Assembly: GCA_051294905.1 (NCBI GenBank)
Contig: CM119371.1
Coordinates: forward strand, 27,034,001-27,098,000
Direction: 5' to 3'
Origin: Botryllus schlosseri
Lineage: Eukaryota
DNA: 64,000 nt
Of the stretch, positions 1-13,778 are shown one piece after another. The position numbers were made by a program, and so were the translations under genes. The notes under the pieces are model-generated. The model had not been told where the DNA came from. It worked only from the letters and a program-made list of their open reading frames with translations, and searched no databases. Position 1 is the first letter of the stretch, and every line of letters begins with the position of its first letter.

Positions 1-21
1 GCCGCGGGTTGAGAACCCCTG
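1..21. mobile_element. Right end of a hAT (Charlie/Buster-like) MITE, truncated by the window edge
   Basis: Ends GGTTGAGAACCCCTG, the same terminus type as other CAGGGG/CAGTGG MITEs in the window. Confidence 0.5.
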
Positions 22-1176
22 CCCTATAGCATTCAGAACGTCACCTATATATTACAGCTTGAGCCTACTAAGATCACACAAAGTATGGTATCGTGTCATT
101 GTTAAGCTTTATATTTGCAATCACTAATGATGGATCCCTTCTGAAACAGGGAATTCGTTCACAACTTGCATAAGGTCCTTTGCTTTCCCTCGATGAAAAC
201 ACGGCATGTAGGCTACAGCCGTTTCCTTCCAATAAAGCAGTCATGCATTAAACGTTTCTGTGAAGCAGCTGTTGTTTGTTCCTTTGTTCATAATGTATTT
301 CATACCTCAACATGTCCTGAATTAATCTTAAATCACCATCTGCCAACCTACCAACAATGCTCTTTCAGAATCTCCGCCGGTAACAGACTCCTTGAACACC
401 TAATCAACAAGCTGCTGCTGTCGTGATCATTGAAGCATAGCCGATTTGCCAATCAAGAGCCGTAGTTATTTGATTACTAGTCTTGTCGCCGTTCTATGGT
501 CAGTGGCACGCCTATTCTTGGGCAGCTACTTTCAAACGCTTAGCCCGAAATCTTAACGGCTTTCCCGTGAGCTTTTTTCAGGCTCATGGTTGTTTTTTAT
601 CAATAATCTATAGAATGAGACACAATCACGGGGTATTTTTAGGATTTTGCAATTTTTGGACAACCCTAATGTACACTCTAAATTCACAGCGCTGAGTGAC
701 ACACAACATTGTGCATGGGTATATACAATATTTGGCTGACACATATTATTGGCTGAGATCTGACATCTGGAATCCGCCATGTTTGGTGCACGTCCACACA
801 TCATCAGGGAATGTTATAAGATGTGGGTTCATGCTCATATGATGTGTCTATGAGCTCACATGCATATCAGTAGTCATTCCGAACGAATTTTATGCGGTGT
901 CAAACATTCATACCAGATATCAATTGGGAGGGAGTTCGAAAAGCCTCGCAAAATGTGATTTGATCGGTATGGTTAATAACCCTAAGCTATAGATTTTTCA
1001 TCAGGCGTCATTGTTTAATAACTAATATTATTACTGATATAACTAACCAAGGTTGTAATCGACGGTGGTGCCGGGTTTGAAGCAAATAGGTAGTTGATCA
1101 GATATTATGGTCGTGCTGTACCAATACTTGACTGACGACTCGCTTTCCTGAGGTTTGCTATGATCTGACTTTACAT

Positions 1177-2075
1177 CAGACTCGAGTCAACTTTTTCGTG
1201 TGACTTGACTTGACTCGAGTCACTTTGCAAAAATTACTTGACTTGACTTGACTCGACGCTTCAGAAATGTGGATTGACTCGTGACTCGGAGCAAAATTTA
1301 CGAGTCAATTTCAAGTCATCAAGCAAACGGTGTCGATTAAATCTCTATATCTTGTTTATGTTCGGATTATTCGCGATACGCCGGCTTGACTTCTGAGAGA
1401 AATTTATCATACACTGATTGTACCTTTCACTGATCCCCCTTGTTACATCACAAATAAATTGATCGAAAACGAAATGATGGCAGCTTACGTTTATGTGCTA
1501 GCAGAAAAATAATCTAATAGCAACGTATCTGTTTCTTAGGCGGCTCAGTGCTTACATCGCGCAGTGCCCACCTTAACCAATCATCTCCTTGTATGATTTG
1601 AATCGAACGAATAAAGTTTATGCGCTCATATTCTCACGGATGGGTAGTGTATTATGCCATATCAACTTGTTTCAACTTCTCGACGCTTCGTATTCGATCC
1701 TCTATTTTGGTTCGCGTATTTTATTAGCTGCTCTACGTCTGTGAGAGCGATACAACGCCTTTTTGCATATATATTTGACTTGATACTTAGTATTTTATTC
1801 AAGATATATGACCAATACATCTGTCTTTCACACATCCAGTAAAATGTAATGACTTACTCATAATTCGAAATTTCAAGTTGACTTGAATTGTGACTTGACT
1901 CGTGACTTGACTTGACTTGACTCGACTTGACTCGAGTCACCTCTAAAAATCGAGTGACTTGACTTGACTCGAGTCACCTTCGAAAATCAATTGACTTGAC
2001 TTGACTCGAGTCAGAATGTGCAATGACTCGAAATGACTCGTGACTCGAAGGTATAGTGACTTGATCCCAACACTG
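1177..2075. mobile_element. hAT-type non-autonomous element rich in GACTT/GACTCGAGTC subterminal repeats; left end partly deleted
   Basis: 8-bp direct repeat CTTTACAT at 1169-1176 and 2076-2083; right end ...CCCAACACTG; dense GACTTGACTCGAGTC arrays at both ends. Confidence 0.75.
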
Positions 2076-2762
2076 CTTTACATACCTACGATACTCACGT
2101 TACTCCTGGATGTTAGTGTTGCTTTCTTAAATGTGCTTATAGTTAATCGCTTGTTTCTCACCATAATTATTAAACCCCCTCAGAAAGCTCCCCAGAACAA
2201 GGTTTGATGTTCGAAACGGTGAAAAATTACGCAGAATTCAGTACAAGTAAACTTCTGATGTTCTGGCAGAATTTATGACTGTATTTCCCACTCGGAAAAT
2301 ATCTGGAAATAACCACTTTTTTCGGCATTCGTATTTTCGTCCGAAGTCCTCATGTATGATTGTCGGTACTAGAAAATTGTCATGCCTTATGCCTTGAAAT
2401 TAGGTATTATATAAATCAGAAGATAGCTGGCTTTCCATAGAAACCAAAAGCAGCCCGCTACGACATATATCTTTGGAGAAATTGAGAGATGTGACCCCCC
2501 CCCCCCCATTAAAAGGGTTAAAGGTGCTAGAATTCGGTGGCGTTGCTGAAATTTTGAAGAGCTTTCCAATGCTGCAAGATATTAGACTGATGAGTTCTTT
2601 CATTCCTTACAGATGACTTCGAGTTGCCGTCATAGCTTCGAAAATCAGTAAAATGAAACTGTTTGCTTGCATCGCCAAATTAAAAATTATATTGCCTATG
2701 TATTTTCCTATTGCATTAATATACACTGTTTTCCTATAAAACGACATGTGTACACTGTACAG

Positions 2763-3610
2763 CAGGGGTCGCAAACTCAAAACGGGTCGCGGGCCACCTT
2801 TCAACTTTCGTAGCGGTCGCGGGCCGCATGAATTCAATATCGATATAAAGTAGGCAACCACGTTTTAAAACTATATGTCAGTACAACGCTGTGCTACCCA
2901 ACACAGTCGATGGGCATAGTGATCACAAAAGAAGTAACATTTCATTAAAGGAATAAAAATACAACAGAATATCACCGTCATCAATTTCATTTTATTTTGA
3001 GCTCTGAGCTGTGCACGATACCTTGAAACGCTTTTTGGGGCTAGCGATATACGCTACTAGATGAAAGACCATCTCCACGTAAAGCTTGATCCTGTGAAGA
3101 AGCCCTAAGCCAGTGGTTCTGAAACCTTTTTAGACATGTCCCGCTTTATGATACTGAAAATTGTCGTCCCACCTTATTGTCACATCACAAAATGCATCCA
3201 TAGAGCTAGCAATCCGAACGGATAGTTTAATGGCATGGATGGTTATGAATGTTGAAGACAGAATTCCATAATATGAACCCGGGACTATACACAGAGCAAT
3301 TACTATAACTATGAACTCGAGGTAAATCGCGCGGAGTGCGAAAATTTTTTCAGTTGACTGCAGCTCCGCGCCCCCTTCATATGCTTTCACGCCCCCACAA
3401 GGCGACACGCCCCACAGTTTCAGAACCACTGCCCTAAGCCGTTTTCTAAGCGTCTCGGTCTTGGCAGTATTTCGGCCATGGCAGGTCAATCTCTGCATTT
3501 GCAAAATGTTTTCTTAGCTTTCTTCCGAAATCTCAAATCAAGTCGCGGGCCGCAAAATATGACCTCGTGGGCCGCATGCGGCCCACGGGCCGCGTGGTGG
3601 TGAGCCCCTG
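2763..3610. mobile_element. hAT (Charlie/Buster-like) MITE with CAGGGG...CCCCTG ends, hosting a nested MITE
   Basis: Termini CAGGGGTCGC / GAGCCCCTG; GCGGGCCG subterminal motifs; flanks CTGTACAG / ATGTACAG (8-bp TSD with one mismatch). Confidence 0.8.
3111..3431. mobile_element. Nested hAT MITE (CAGTGGTTCTGAAAC TIR)
   Basis: TIRs CAGTGGTTCTGAAAC / GTTTCAGAACCACTG; perfect 8-bp TSD CCCTAAGC (3103-3110, 3432-3439). Confidence 0.9.
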
Positions 3611-5116
3611 ATGTACAGTGTACACTGTACCAGGCTTGGACAACTAGAAAATTTTAAGCTCCTCCAAATTGAATTAGATAAGAATTAAAGCGCAGTTTTT
3701 TTCCAAATTAGATAACTATTAGAATTACTCAACTTGCAAAAACTTGAAAATTGACAGAAAATTATGACAAGGGAATCCAGCAAAATTCAAGTTTAGTTCA
3801 TGGGAAGGAGCATGAGATTGGTTAGCGTCTGTGCACCATAACTGAAAAGTTGGACGTGATGTTGCACGAGGCGGATATTTTTGTTAGCTCACTACGAAAT
3901 TCCATAGTCAATTAGGCATTTTCAGATGAACAATGAATATGATGAGAATTAAAAGTGTATAGAAACATTGCACTGATTAGGTTGGAATTAGATTAATGAG
4001 ATCTCGTACTACTTGAGTGAAATTAGACAACTAGAATTATTTATTTGTCAAAGTCTTCATGGTATAGTGATACCATATGCTAAAAATAATTAAATTATTG
4101 TGATGAATAAATAAAGATAATCTAATTATGTTCGTATCAAGATACGTTAGTGAATAAGTATGTATAATAAAAAGAATATGGATGAATTTACTTACTCTTA
4201 GCTAACCTGTTCAACTGATGTGCATATTCATGACTTAACAGCTCTGAGTAAAGCGTTGTTATTCTCAATAGATCAGACATGGGTTTCAACTGCTTGTTGA
4301 TAGAAGTGTTGAAGAAATGCATGAGAAGTACATGGAAATGCTTCTCACTCTTGATAAAATTTTTGGAGAGCAGACTGATCAAGAGGTTGGTATTATGTTT
4401 GATAATTAACAGTGCTACAGTTATACGCACCGACTTTTATTTTTGCATGAGGTGGCGGCAGGCGCCTAGCCAGGGGGTGTCTAGATCCCTCTTTTTGAAA
4501 CGCAAAACCCCGTCCTTTTGAAATGAGCATTCTGACTCTAATATTCGACAAGTCGTATTATCAGTGTTACGCTGGGTCGCGATCAATTAGCGAGATTCGT
4601 CTGTGCAGTGTGCACGCATATCGCATCGCCCGATGCTACGCGTCTCGATTTCCAGCTGAAATATTTTAAACGCGGCTTGCGGCCCTCATCGATGCGAATA
4701 ATGCAGTTTAATTTGTAGAAGGCGGAAGTATATTTGTTCGTCACATCGCGATAAGAGATGGTGTTTCTCAGAGCGCGCGATGAAATCGACGTTTCTAACG
4801 ATGAGGTCGAATTTGTACATCTAATAAGGATCGTTACTTTGATGAAATCAGCACGCTCTGCGAAATACATAGTAGTGATCAATTTTATCGGACTGGACAA
4901 TCAACCGGCAAAGTTATGCTGGTAAATGCTGCAAACCCGCAATAGTTACAATTACAGGGTGCGCTTGTCATACCTAAATACCCAGATTCGTACACGCGAT
5001 GTCGTACACGCCCTATGTCCTAAAGAAATAGAATACACTCTGCCCGATTTTGACATAAATCTCCTGACTGAACATCTTCCGTTGAACGTCGCATCTAAAC
5101 CACCTTGGCGTGTACG

Positions 5117-5317
5117 ACATATTTCCTTCATAACATCGGGTGACAACGATATAAAGTTCGATCTCTGCGTGACTGCTGGAGCGTGGTGTTCTTGTGGAAA
5201 TTTCAATAAATTGAAGCTCCATTGTGGTGACGTTCTGAAGAAAATGGCTGCGGCCTAAAATTTTTCTCGTTTGCCCTTCAATTTGAGACGACATCATTTT
5301 TAGAGTGCAGTGCCCCT
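5117..5317. mobile_element. Terminal fragment of the Kolobok-like family also seen at 23322-23811
   Basis: Clear similarity to the 23322-23811 element, ending ...GAGTGCAGTGCCCCT followed by TTAG; left boundary not found. Confidence 0.6.
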
Positions 5318-5365
5318 TTAGACTATTCGTCGATTCAACTACATTTATATCTTTAGTATGAGAAG

Positions 5366-5905
5366 CAGGATCGCAACCAAGTCGCAAGGCTCTGAGTCAC
5401 AACTCAATCTCACTTTTATAGGATTGACTCGTGTCAAGTTGAGTCATTTTCAATTCACCACCGAGTCAAGTCCGAGTTCAAGTCAACAAGTAGAGGCTCG
5501 AGTCCGAGTCATGGTGTTATGACTCGAGTACGAGTCCAAGTCATTGTGTTGACTGCTCAGTTTCCAGTTGAAGTCCTGTTAAATCGACTTTTTACCACTG
5601 TTTAATGATATCGAATGGTTCGCATTTATATTACTCTAATTTTCCTTACTTTTAGTGGTTTCTGGTCGCATTTTCAAGTGCCATTACCAATAGAAGAAAT
5701 GCCAATACTGTGGTTATTTTAGTATTCTTCGAAATTACGATGAAATGTCTTTGTTGGCCGTCTGAGTCTCGAGTCATATGACTTGGTTCGAGTCATGCGC
5801 GATGACTCAAGTCCAACTCGAGTTGAGTCAGTTTTGTGTTTTGAGAAAATGCCTCGAGTCAAGTCGAGTCATCAGAAAGTCGTGACTCAAGTCATTACAA
5901 CCCTG
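5366..5905. mobile_element. hAT-type MITE, GACTCGAGTC-rich family
   Basis: 8-bp TSD ATGAGAAG (5358-5365, 5906-5913); ends CAGGATCGCAAC / TTACAACCCTG; same family as 10758-12281. Confidence 0.85.
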
Positions 5906-6026
5906 ATGAGAAGTCTCATAAAAGCATTTCTGCTCTGGATTCGCACGTGAATATTTAGCAATATAATTTAAAGCTAACATATTGTTTTAATTCCAAGCAC
6001 ATACAGTCGATTTAACGACTTCAAAG

Positions 6027-6326
6027 TTGACTCCTCCTCATCTTTTCATTGCACGTCATGAGAATGGAGATGAAGAATCGTGGATATCGGCTAATAGCAT
6101 CACCGACAAGCGCAGATCCGAAAACGAAAGAAGACCGTTTGAGAGGATATTTGATCTCGTAGCATGCTATTACGCATGGGATCTTAGTTATCCTGATGTC
6201 TTTCAAATAATGTCATTCATTCAACGTGTCCTTGTTGGTGATAAAAATACGCGATTGCAGTCGAATAAGTTATTTTTGGAAAAGATATCAAAATGTCCAG
6301 AAATCGATTGGACAAATGTAGGTTAA
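6027..6326 (+). pseudogene. Isolated C-terminal exon of an EnSpm/CACTA accessory (TnpA-like) protein
   Basis: Motif LVACYYAWDLSYP...SFIQRVL parallels the terminal exon of the accessory gene at 17515-17778 (LAIYWVFNIKFAP...SFVANFL); no upstream exons found. Confidence 0.5.
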
Positions 6327-6976
6327 TTAATATCCCTTGCTCCAAGTACTTGTACTGTGAGTACTGCTTTCTAGGGCTGGGCAAAATCGAGTACCCGAGT
6401 GACTCGATTCTGGATCACGTAAAACGCATGTATCAATCATTATGACGTAATATGTCAAAGCTCAAGTGTGGTGTGCTGCGATAGTTCTCAAACTCGCACT
6501 ACTAGTGACACCTCACTTCAATGCCTTGCATCAACATCCAGAGAAACGCATAATATTCGGGGAATAGTAGGGCGCAATGCGGGACTCCCAGGTGGCACAA
6601 ACACTCGCGGTAATCGAGATACTGATAGCTTTGTTACCGACGTACCAAATCTATGTTACCGACATACCAAAACTAACATTCCACCTCTTATCGTAATGCT
6701 CCTGGTTCGTTTAGTTATTGCTAAAAGACCCGTAGTATTAGCTGTAGTGTCTCACACACCTTCCGCGAAATAGCATTAACTGGAGTGGGCCTAAAAATCC
6801 TTCCGCATAATACTGATATTTATCACCGTCCGTGAATCTTTCGGATTTTGATCAAGATGCTACTCGAGTTGTCGAAAACCGAAAACTCAAAACGATATAT
6901 GGCAAAAACTCAAAACGATAAATTCACACATATAGTTTTTATTTGCAAACGGATCTTGTCTTTCGAAACGAACGAA

Positions 6977-8823
6977 TCAAACAGAAATTTCGCAAATCAC
7001 GCTTTCAGCACGATCGGAAAGGGCGTGATTGGAATACCCTTGATTGAGGTCGCTCCATCGCAAAGTCGTCTGGACGGAAACGCAATGATCATGCACCGCG
7101 ATTGGGTAACCCTCGCGCCACGACGTGTACGGCGCCGGGCTGCCGTCAGAAAGTAGAGTCGTCGTGGTCTGAAAATTCGAAATCGCTATCGAGCAACTGT
7201 ACAGCTGAACAACCTCAGAACATACCTCGTCGCTGTAACGCATTCCGGTCCAACTGGACACGGCTGGATTAGGGTTCTCATTCTGCCGAACTATCAACGT
7301 CCTCACGTAGCCTTGCAAGATCTCCAAATGCTTTTCCGAGTAGATGTTAGCCAGCCGGCCTCCGTTGGATTTGCAGATGTGACCGGCTACGCCACACGTT
7401 ATCCCACCGTCGTAGTGGAAGTCAATCCAGAAGCACTTTCCTTGATATTTGACGAGACAAAATCCTTCCCTTCCCTCGAGAGCTTTCAGCCTTTTCTCCG
7501 CGACGAGGTATTCTAACAAAACATTTCATCTCGAGTGACACTCGGTATAAGGAATCGGATGATCGAGCGACATTCTTTTCATAGTTGTAAAATTATGCTC
7601 CTATTTTCAGGAGCTATAGGGATACTAGGCAATAATTAGAGTGTAGATACACCAAATTGGAGAATACTAATGAGGACAATTTCTTGTCACATACAAACCT
7701 CGATAGTTCTATCACACCAACCGAAACATGTAGCATGAAAGGCTACGCATGTCTCCAGTGTTAACATGGTGCATCGGAACGTCGGTCGTATCACACTACC
7801 GGAACCATGTAGCTACGAACGTAGGTGGCAACGAGATTTGTGGAACCGCCAACCGAAAGTATATATTCTCAATAGTGCGCGAAGTCGTGATAGAAACAAA
7901 ATCACGCTTTTATACCTATTTTCGCCACGTATGAACTTGTTTTATCACATCACAATCAACCGTTCCGCTTTCTACGATTGCTTTCGAGGCTTTGCTTCCG
8001 CTATCTCAACAACTTTCAATCAATAATACCTTTGCTCAAAGCAGCAATATCCATAGCGGTTAGGTCCCCAACGATAAACGAATAATCTACAGAAAAAGAA
8101 AACATTAACTTGGGAATTATGGGGAAATCAATCTTCGCTTACTTCGCCACAGGCGCGAAACCAGTTCCTCTTGTACACCGGACCACTCGCGCCACAGCAC
8201 ATGTTCCAATTCCTGTGACGCTTCGTCCGGTGCTAAAATTGAACCGAGCGGTTAGTCCTGATTAAACTTGAAGCGGAGCAATAGAATTAAAGAGAGAATC
8301 AACTTACGGATATTATTATCATCGGCTATCCTCTGCAGTCGGTCGCTGATAACTGAAAAATCGAGGATAAGCGCTAAATTGTCGGGTATCGACGCCGTGA
8401 CGAACACCCAAGTTTTCACGTTGACAGGGCAATACCTTGGCTGGCTATTTCATGGACTTCGGATTCCGCATCGCCCAGTTGCTTGAACAGTAACGAGTCT
8501 TCTGGATCACTACCGTGTCCTTCGACTGAAGATATACAATATAAAAACCAGTTCACCACGTCCTCTAGTGTTAGGAAGTTTGTACGATACCTGCGACGAT
8601 CTGCGGATCCACGAGTGCGTCTGCGATTTCTTCTGGTGGCGTCTCAGGTTCAGTACCTAGGCATCGAAAAGTTATCATTCTTTCGCCAGTCTGTCAAAAT
8701 CGTTGGCTACCCAGTACCTTCTGCTCCTTGACCAATGTCATCTGGATCTGCTACCGCCGATGCCAGCAGAAACAACAGGAACAAAACACATGCCATCTTC
8801 AAGCTAGAGAGATGATTTAACAT
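6977..8823 (-). CDS. Secreted C-type lectin domain protein, paralog 1 (multi-exon)
   Basis: Signal-peptide exon MLNHLSSLKMACVLFLLFLLASAVA from ATG 8823; several short exons; CTLD exons GFCLVKYQGKCFW...ICKSNGGRLA...SWTG and WREGYP...HCVSV...ESVICEISV-stop; internal exon boundaries not all resolved. Confidence 0.8.
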
Positions 8824-10757
8824 ACAACTATTTATTGTGAAACAGATACATTAAAACCAAGCCAACAAGAAATATCGATCACCGGGTTCACCGCCGCACG
8901 CACCATCAGCAGTGGAAGACTACTACAACAGCACTCGCATGCACAGACTTTATCCGATCTCCTGAATCGGGATCCGCAAACTGTAATGACTACGCGATGT
9001 TATAATCAACGGGGTGATTACGAGGACGACTTTACCGTCAGTGACGCAAGGTGATCCTTAGCATCTGCGTCAACTGATCCTTATATGCGTGATGTGGTTT
9101 TATCTGCCGCTGTGATGCCATTGTCAACTTGGCTAGTAATCAAAAACTAGGTGTATACGTTTACCATCAATCAACCATCAAAGTTCCATATACATACGTA
9201 CATCGCAATCTGTATGACTGGCTAAGGACATGTATTTTGCTTCGTATTCAAATTTTACGAATGCGAATTTGTTACGGAATCTCGCATCCTTCACATATAG
9301 AATCGCCGTGTTCTACTATTCATCTGATCCATTCCACTTTTAACTTCTGGCGATACGCAGATAGTTATCCGTATTCAGTGTATCGATGCGTCAGTATGCC
9401 ACAGTCATGTCTATGGTCACGTGCGTATATTTGACTTGGAATGAGTGCAATAGTTCGTCGTTGAAATAATATGCTGGTATATGTACAACATACAAATTAA
9501 CTGAGTGCAATAAGAGTCCCAACTAAACTACCTCTGGAACTAAGCTACTTCATCGTATATTTGTGTAGACCGGGGGTTCCCAAACTTTTTGTGGTCGTGA
9601 CCCCAAATTTTGATTTGAGAATCTTCCGCGAGCCCACATCTAAATTTGTGCAATACGTTTTAGGAGTTCTTACGCACAATTGATCTAAAAAATTGTGTTC
9701 AGTGGAAGATTAAGTCAGCTACCCGTGAAACTCAGCTACTTATATGTCTGTATTTGCTTGATTACCTCTTATTGTCATATTAACACTGCTGGCCTACCTC
9801 GCCGAGGCATTGATTCAATGATTTGCTAATATATTTTAATTTTCTTGTAGCGAACATTCTTTACAGTCATATTGTGCAGGGACGATGTACCTGTTTGGTG
9901 CGGGTGTGAATGGACTAGCTTACGTCCAAGATCGTATCGATCAGTCCTATCTAGTACCAAATACTGTACATAGGTATTTTTCTGTATCATCATTGGTACC
10001 GTCTGTTTGTTCTATATTTCGGTTGGTTATAAACAAAGATACTATCTAAATATATATAGGAATATCGATATTTTTTTCTTTTACTGGAGAAGCAATGCTG
10101 ATTACTTTGACCACCTCTGGCCCATGTCATTGGAATAAGTGGTCTCACAGTTGGCCTACTTACAATGCCTGGTGTTTCCACAAATTTTGATGCATAATTT
10201 TGTCAAATAATGCGCTGTAACAAAAACTTTGTAATCATTCTAAACTCATTGCTTATATCTCAAATTTGGCGGATACACCATTAGGTGGAATGGGGCATTC
10301 GTACGTATGAGAATCGATTTGTAACTAACTAAAATGTAGACGGTACCATGAACGTTTATTCTGTCGGAACAGGACCCGAATGGTGTTCAGGTATAGATTG
10401 TATTCCTGAAATGAATTGTAGTCCAGACGAAACAGGGTCAATGTACTCATCGTTGATTGAAGTAGCAGTGAGAGTGACGTCGTAGATTCCTAAATATGTA
10501 TGGGTAGAAGTCGCGATTTCTAAGAAGTTTTGTGATGGTAGCATAGATTTACCCACATTCGGAAGACCCCCTTATTCTCTCGAACAGTCTTAATGCCTTG
10601 GTGGCAATCGCAAATGGCCATACAAAAATCGATATAATTCGGGGAATTGTGGGAAGATTTGTTGTATTATCTCCCAATGCACGATTCGCATTACACGACT
10701 TCAGACTTCACACGGAAATAAGGCTGATCAGGTTGCGGGAACCCGAAATATACGAGG

Positions 10758-12281
10758 CAGGGTTGTAATGACTCGAGTCATGACTCGACTCGAGTCAGAC
10801 TCGAGTCACGATTTTTTTGTGACTCGACTTGACTCGAGTCATTTTCTTGAAATGGGAAAATGACTCGACTCGAGTCAATATTTGGATTGACTCGACTTGT
10901 ACTCGAGTCATTACGCATGACTCGACCCAAGTCATTGACTCGGCTTATTTTATATGACTTGAAGATGAAGAAATTTGCGAATCGTAATGGCTAGATCAAC
11001 GCATCTGACGAATTCTGCCGACATCGCTATTTGTCGCCACTGCTTTCGTGGCACTCGTCTGATATCAGATATGTCACCGTAAAAACAACAGACAATGGTA
11101 CATAGAGTAGCAATGCATTGTAAAAAATCATCACGTGGTGAAGAGGTAATAGATCCTCCGCAATCAAAGTACTCAAGACTTTTCAATTATACAAACAATC
11201 GCAGCAAAGTTCAATTAGAGCCAATGAAATTACTCAGATGGTCAAGTACTTGGAAGAGACTGATAAGCTTATGTGTAGATTTGACGGCGATGATAATTTG
11301 CATTTTTGGGCGACTAGAAAGAATGAGTATCGAATGCCCTTCAATGTGGTTCAAAAATGCTTGTCAATTCCTGTATCTAGTGCACCAGTGGATATATGAG
11401 GATCTCGTTTCCACCTTAGTATTTTTGAAGTGTAACTCAATGATTTGATCTGCTGTCTGTGAAAACACACAATACCCTCCCTCCATTTGACGTTTTGTTA
11501 GGTATGTGCATTGTGCACGTGAGTAATAATGAATGGCTAATGTAGTGTGATGTTTGTACAATAGGGCTGTTCAAAAATAATTTCATTTTTATGTTACTGG
11601 GTGGCTACTTGATAAAATTGTCATGTTGCATAAAAAGAACACTGAATCTGGCTTAATTTTAAAAAGTTGAATCAATGATATGAGAGGAGAAAATTTTAGA
11701 TTTGAAAATAAATGGAGTGTTTTTAGTGAGACATTCTTTCATATAATATAATTACATACTAGTAGTAAGAGGACTATTTTTTCATATCCAAAATATTCCA
11801 CTCTAACAAATTCGCTTTTTCTAGTTGTAATTGAGCCAATTTTGCTATGAATCATATTTTTACACAATATAACAATATCATGAGATAGCCGGTAAAATTC
11901 GAACATCTCAACCACCTGATAATGTGAAAGAAAAACTGTACCTCTACATAAACATGCATCTGTTGATTCTCTATCAGCTGGTATCTAGACGTGAATTCGA
12001 TGGTTCTACATCAGATAGTATATAGACGTGAATTGGTTGATTATCTGTAAGCTATAAGATAATTCAGGATTGAAAACATGAGTTGAGCATGACTTCAATG
12101 CAGTGACTTGGACTCGGACTCGAGTCATAACATTATGACTCGGACTTGACCCTTTCAACGGTGACTTGGACTCGGACTCGACTCGGTGATAAATTGAAAA
12201 TGACTCGACTTGACTCGATTCAATACCAAAAAAGTAAGATCGACTCGTGACTCGGAACCATGTGACTTGGTTACAACCCTG
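10758..12281. mobile_element. hAT-type non-autonomous element, GACTCGAGTC-rich family
   Basis: TIRs CAGGGTTGTAA / TTACAACCCTG; perfect 8-bp TSD ATACGAGG (10750-10757, 12282-12289). Confidence 0.9.
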
Positions 12282-12640
12282 ATACGAGGCAATACCAAGT
12301 ATATCTCATTAGTATGGTAAGTTTTTTTAACTTTTGAAACCTAACTTTTTACAGCTTCCTAAATAGGCAAGAGTTAAGTATGATGTTTAATGCTGTTTGT
12401 AGGAATTTTATATTGCAATATTTTGCACATTTTTTAAATTTTAAGTAGACGTGCTACTTTTACCGAGTATTACGCTGAATGTGAAGGAGTGCTTCAAAAA
12501 CAAGCTACAAAACTATATATAGTAAGGTGCTATTGATCTCCTTTGTAAAACAGACGGCTAAGTGATAGATCAGCTACATCTCAATGTCATCTATGGATTG
12601 CAAACCATCGTCGCGTGATGTTTCTCACCATAATCCAACC

Positions 12641-13491
12641 CAGGGGTGTCAAACATACGCCAGGCCATTTCAACGGGCCCGCGTAACAATTCTGAGTAGA
12701 TTGGAGACTATATTTATATTATCCAGCACATTTCTAACAAATTCTGGATTTTATAGTAAGTAATACTCTCAATAAATAATCCCTCAAGAGAACAAATTTC
12801 GAGTATGTACCACAATATAAACACGTGACACCGATTTTCTGGTCTCACTATAGTCAGTTACGGGTAAGTTGGTGACATTAGATTAGAACCCAATTCTGAG
12901 AAGGAAAAAAGTGCAGTTTCATGGAATAATGGACCGAAAAGTAGTTATCCACAGAAGGAAAATCGCCATGCGAAACCGTCCTATGCAGGTTACATATATA
13001 ATATAGACTAATATTTACACGAAATATAATGCAAATATATTTAAAAAGGCACTCTGCGTTCAGATAAACCCTGCTGGTGGTTTAATAATAATGCATCAAA
13101 TTCCAAATTTATCTCCTAAATATAAAATCACTGGTATACCTCACAAATTATACGGAGGCGGGATAGAAATATGCCAACTCAACTCGTCGTTACAGTCACT
13201 GCTTGAGTTTTATAATTGTAGTCAAACCGGCCAACCACCGTATTTTTGCTAAATCCATTGCATGCGAATGAAGTTGTCGCTGGAAGAGAACCCCTGTGGT
13301 TCGTACTATGTAATATACTATTCTGTTTATGACTTGGTAATATATAACGTATTCAAGGTGATGTAACGTATTCAAGTGGAAGAAAATAAATTGCTGTGCT
13401 TTGAGGTAACATTTTGGAATCATTTGAACGGTCCGGCCCGCGAGCAATCTTCGAGGTTTGAATCCGGTCCACGAGGCATTTGACATCCCTG
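12641..13491. mobile_element. Old hAT (Charlie-like) MITE, CAGGGGTGTCAAAC family
   Basis: TIRs CAGGGGTGTCAAA / TTTGACATCCCTG; internal similarity to 47550-48433 and 44639 onward; TSD not preserved. Confidence 0.75.
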
Positions 13492-13778
13492 GTAAGCCTG
13501 CTCTGTGTGACATTACGCGAAGGATACGATGGAACAAGCAGCCTTTGCATGCACAAGGTTTCATGTAGCAGCTCAATGCTAAGTAAGTTTGCAACGAGTA
13601 TGCTAGTAGGCAAAACCTGCATGAGCACTCCTGAAGTAGTGTACGTTGCTGACGAATAAAATAGCCTCTGTGGACCATGCTTACTCGAAACTGCGGGACA
13701 TGCTCTACTCAAACTCGGGAAACCCGCTATCAAACCAAAGAGCATGGTATCAACATTTATTGCGACAACACATGCTTC

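Noticed and set aside
2495..2521. AGGGTTAA piggyBac-like end (and TTAACCCTTT near 22515)
   Set aside because: No convincing partner terminus or TSD pair could be identified.
4926..5258. 110-aa ORF
   Set aside because: Its 3' half is the non-coding Kolobok-like terminal repeat; no recognisable domain.
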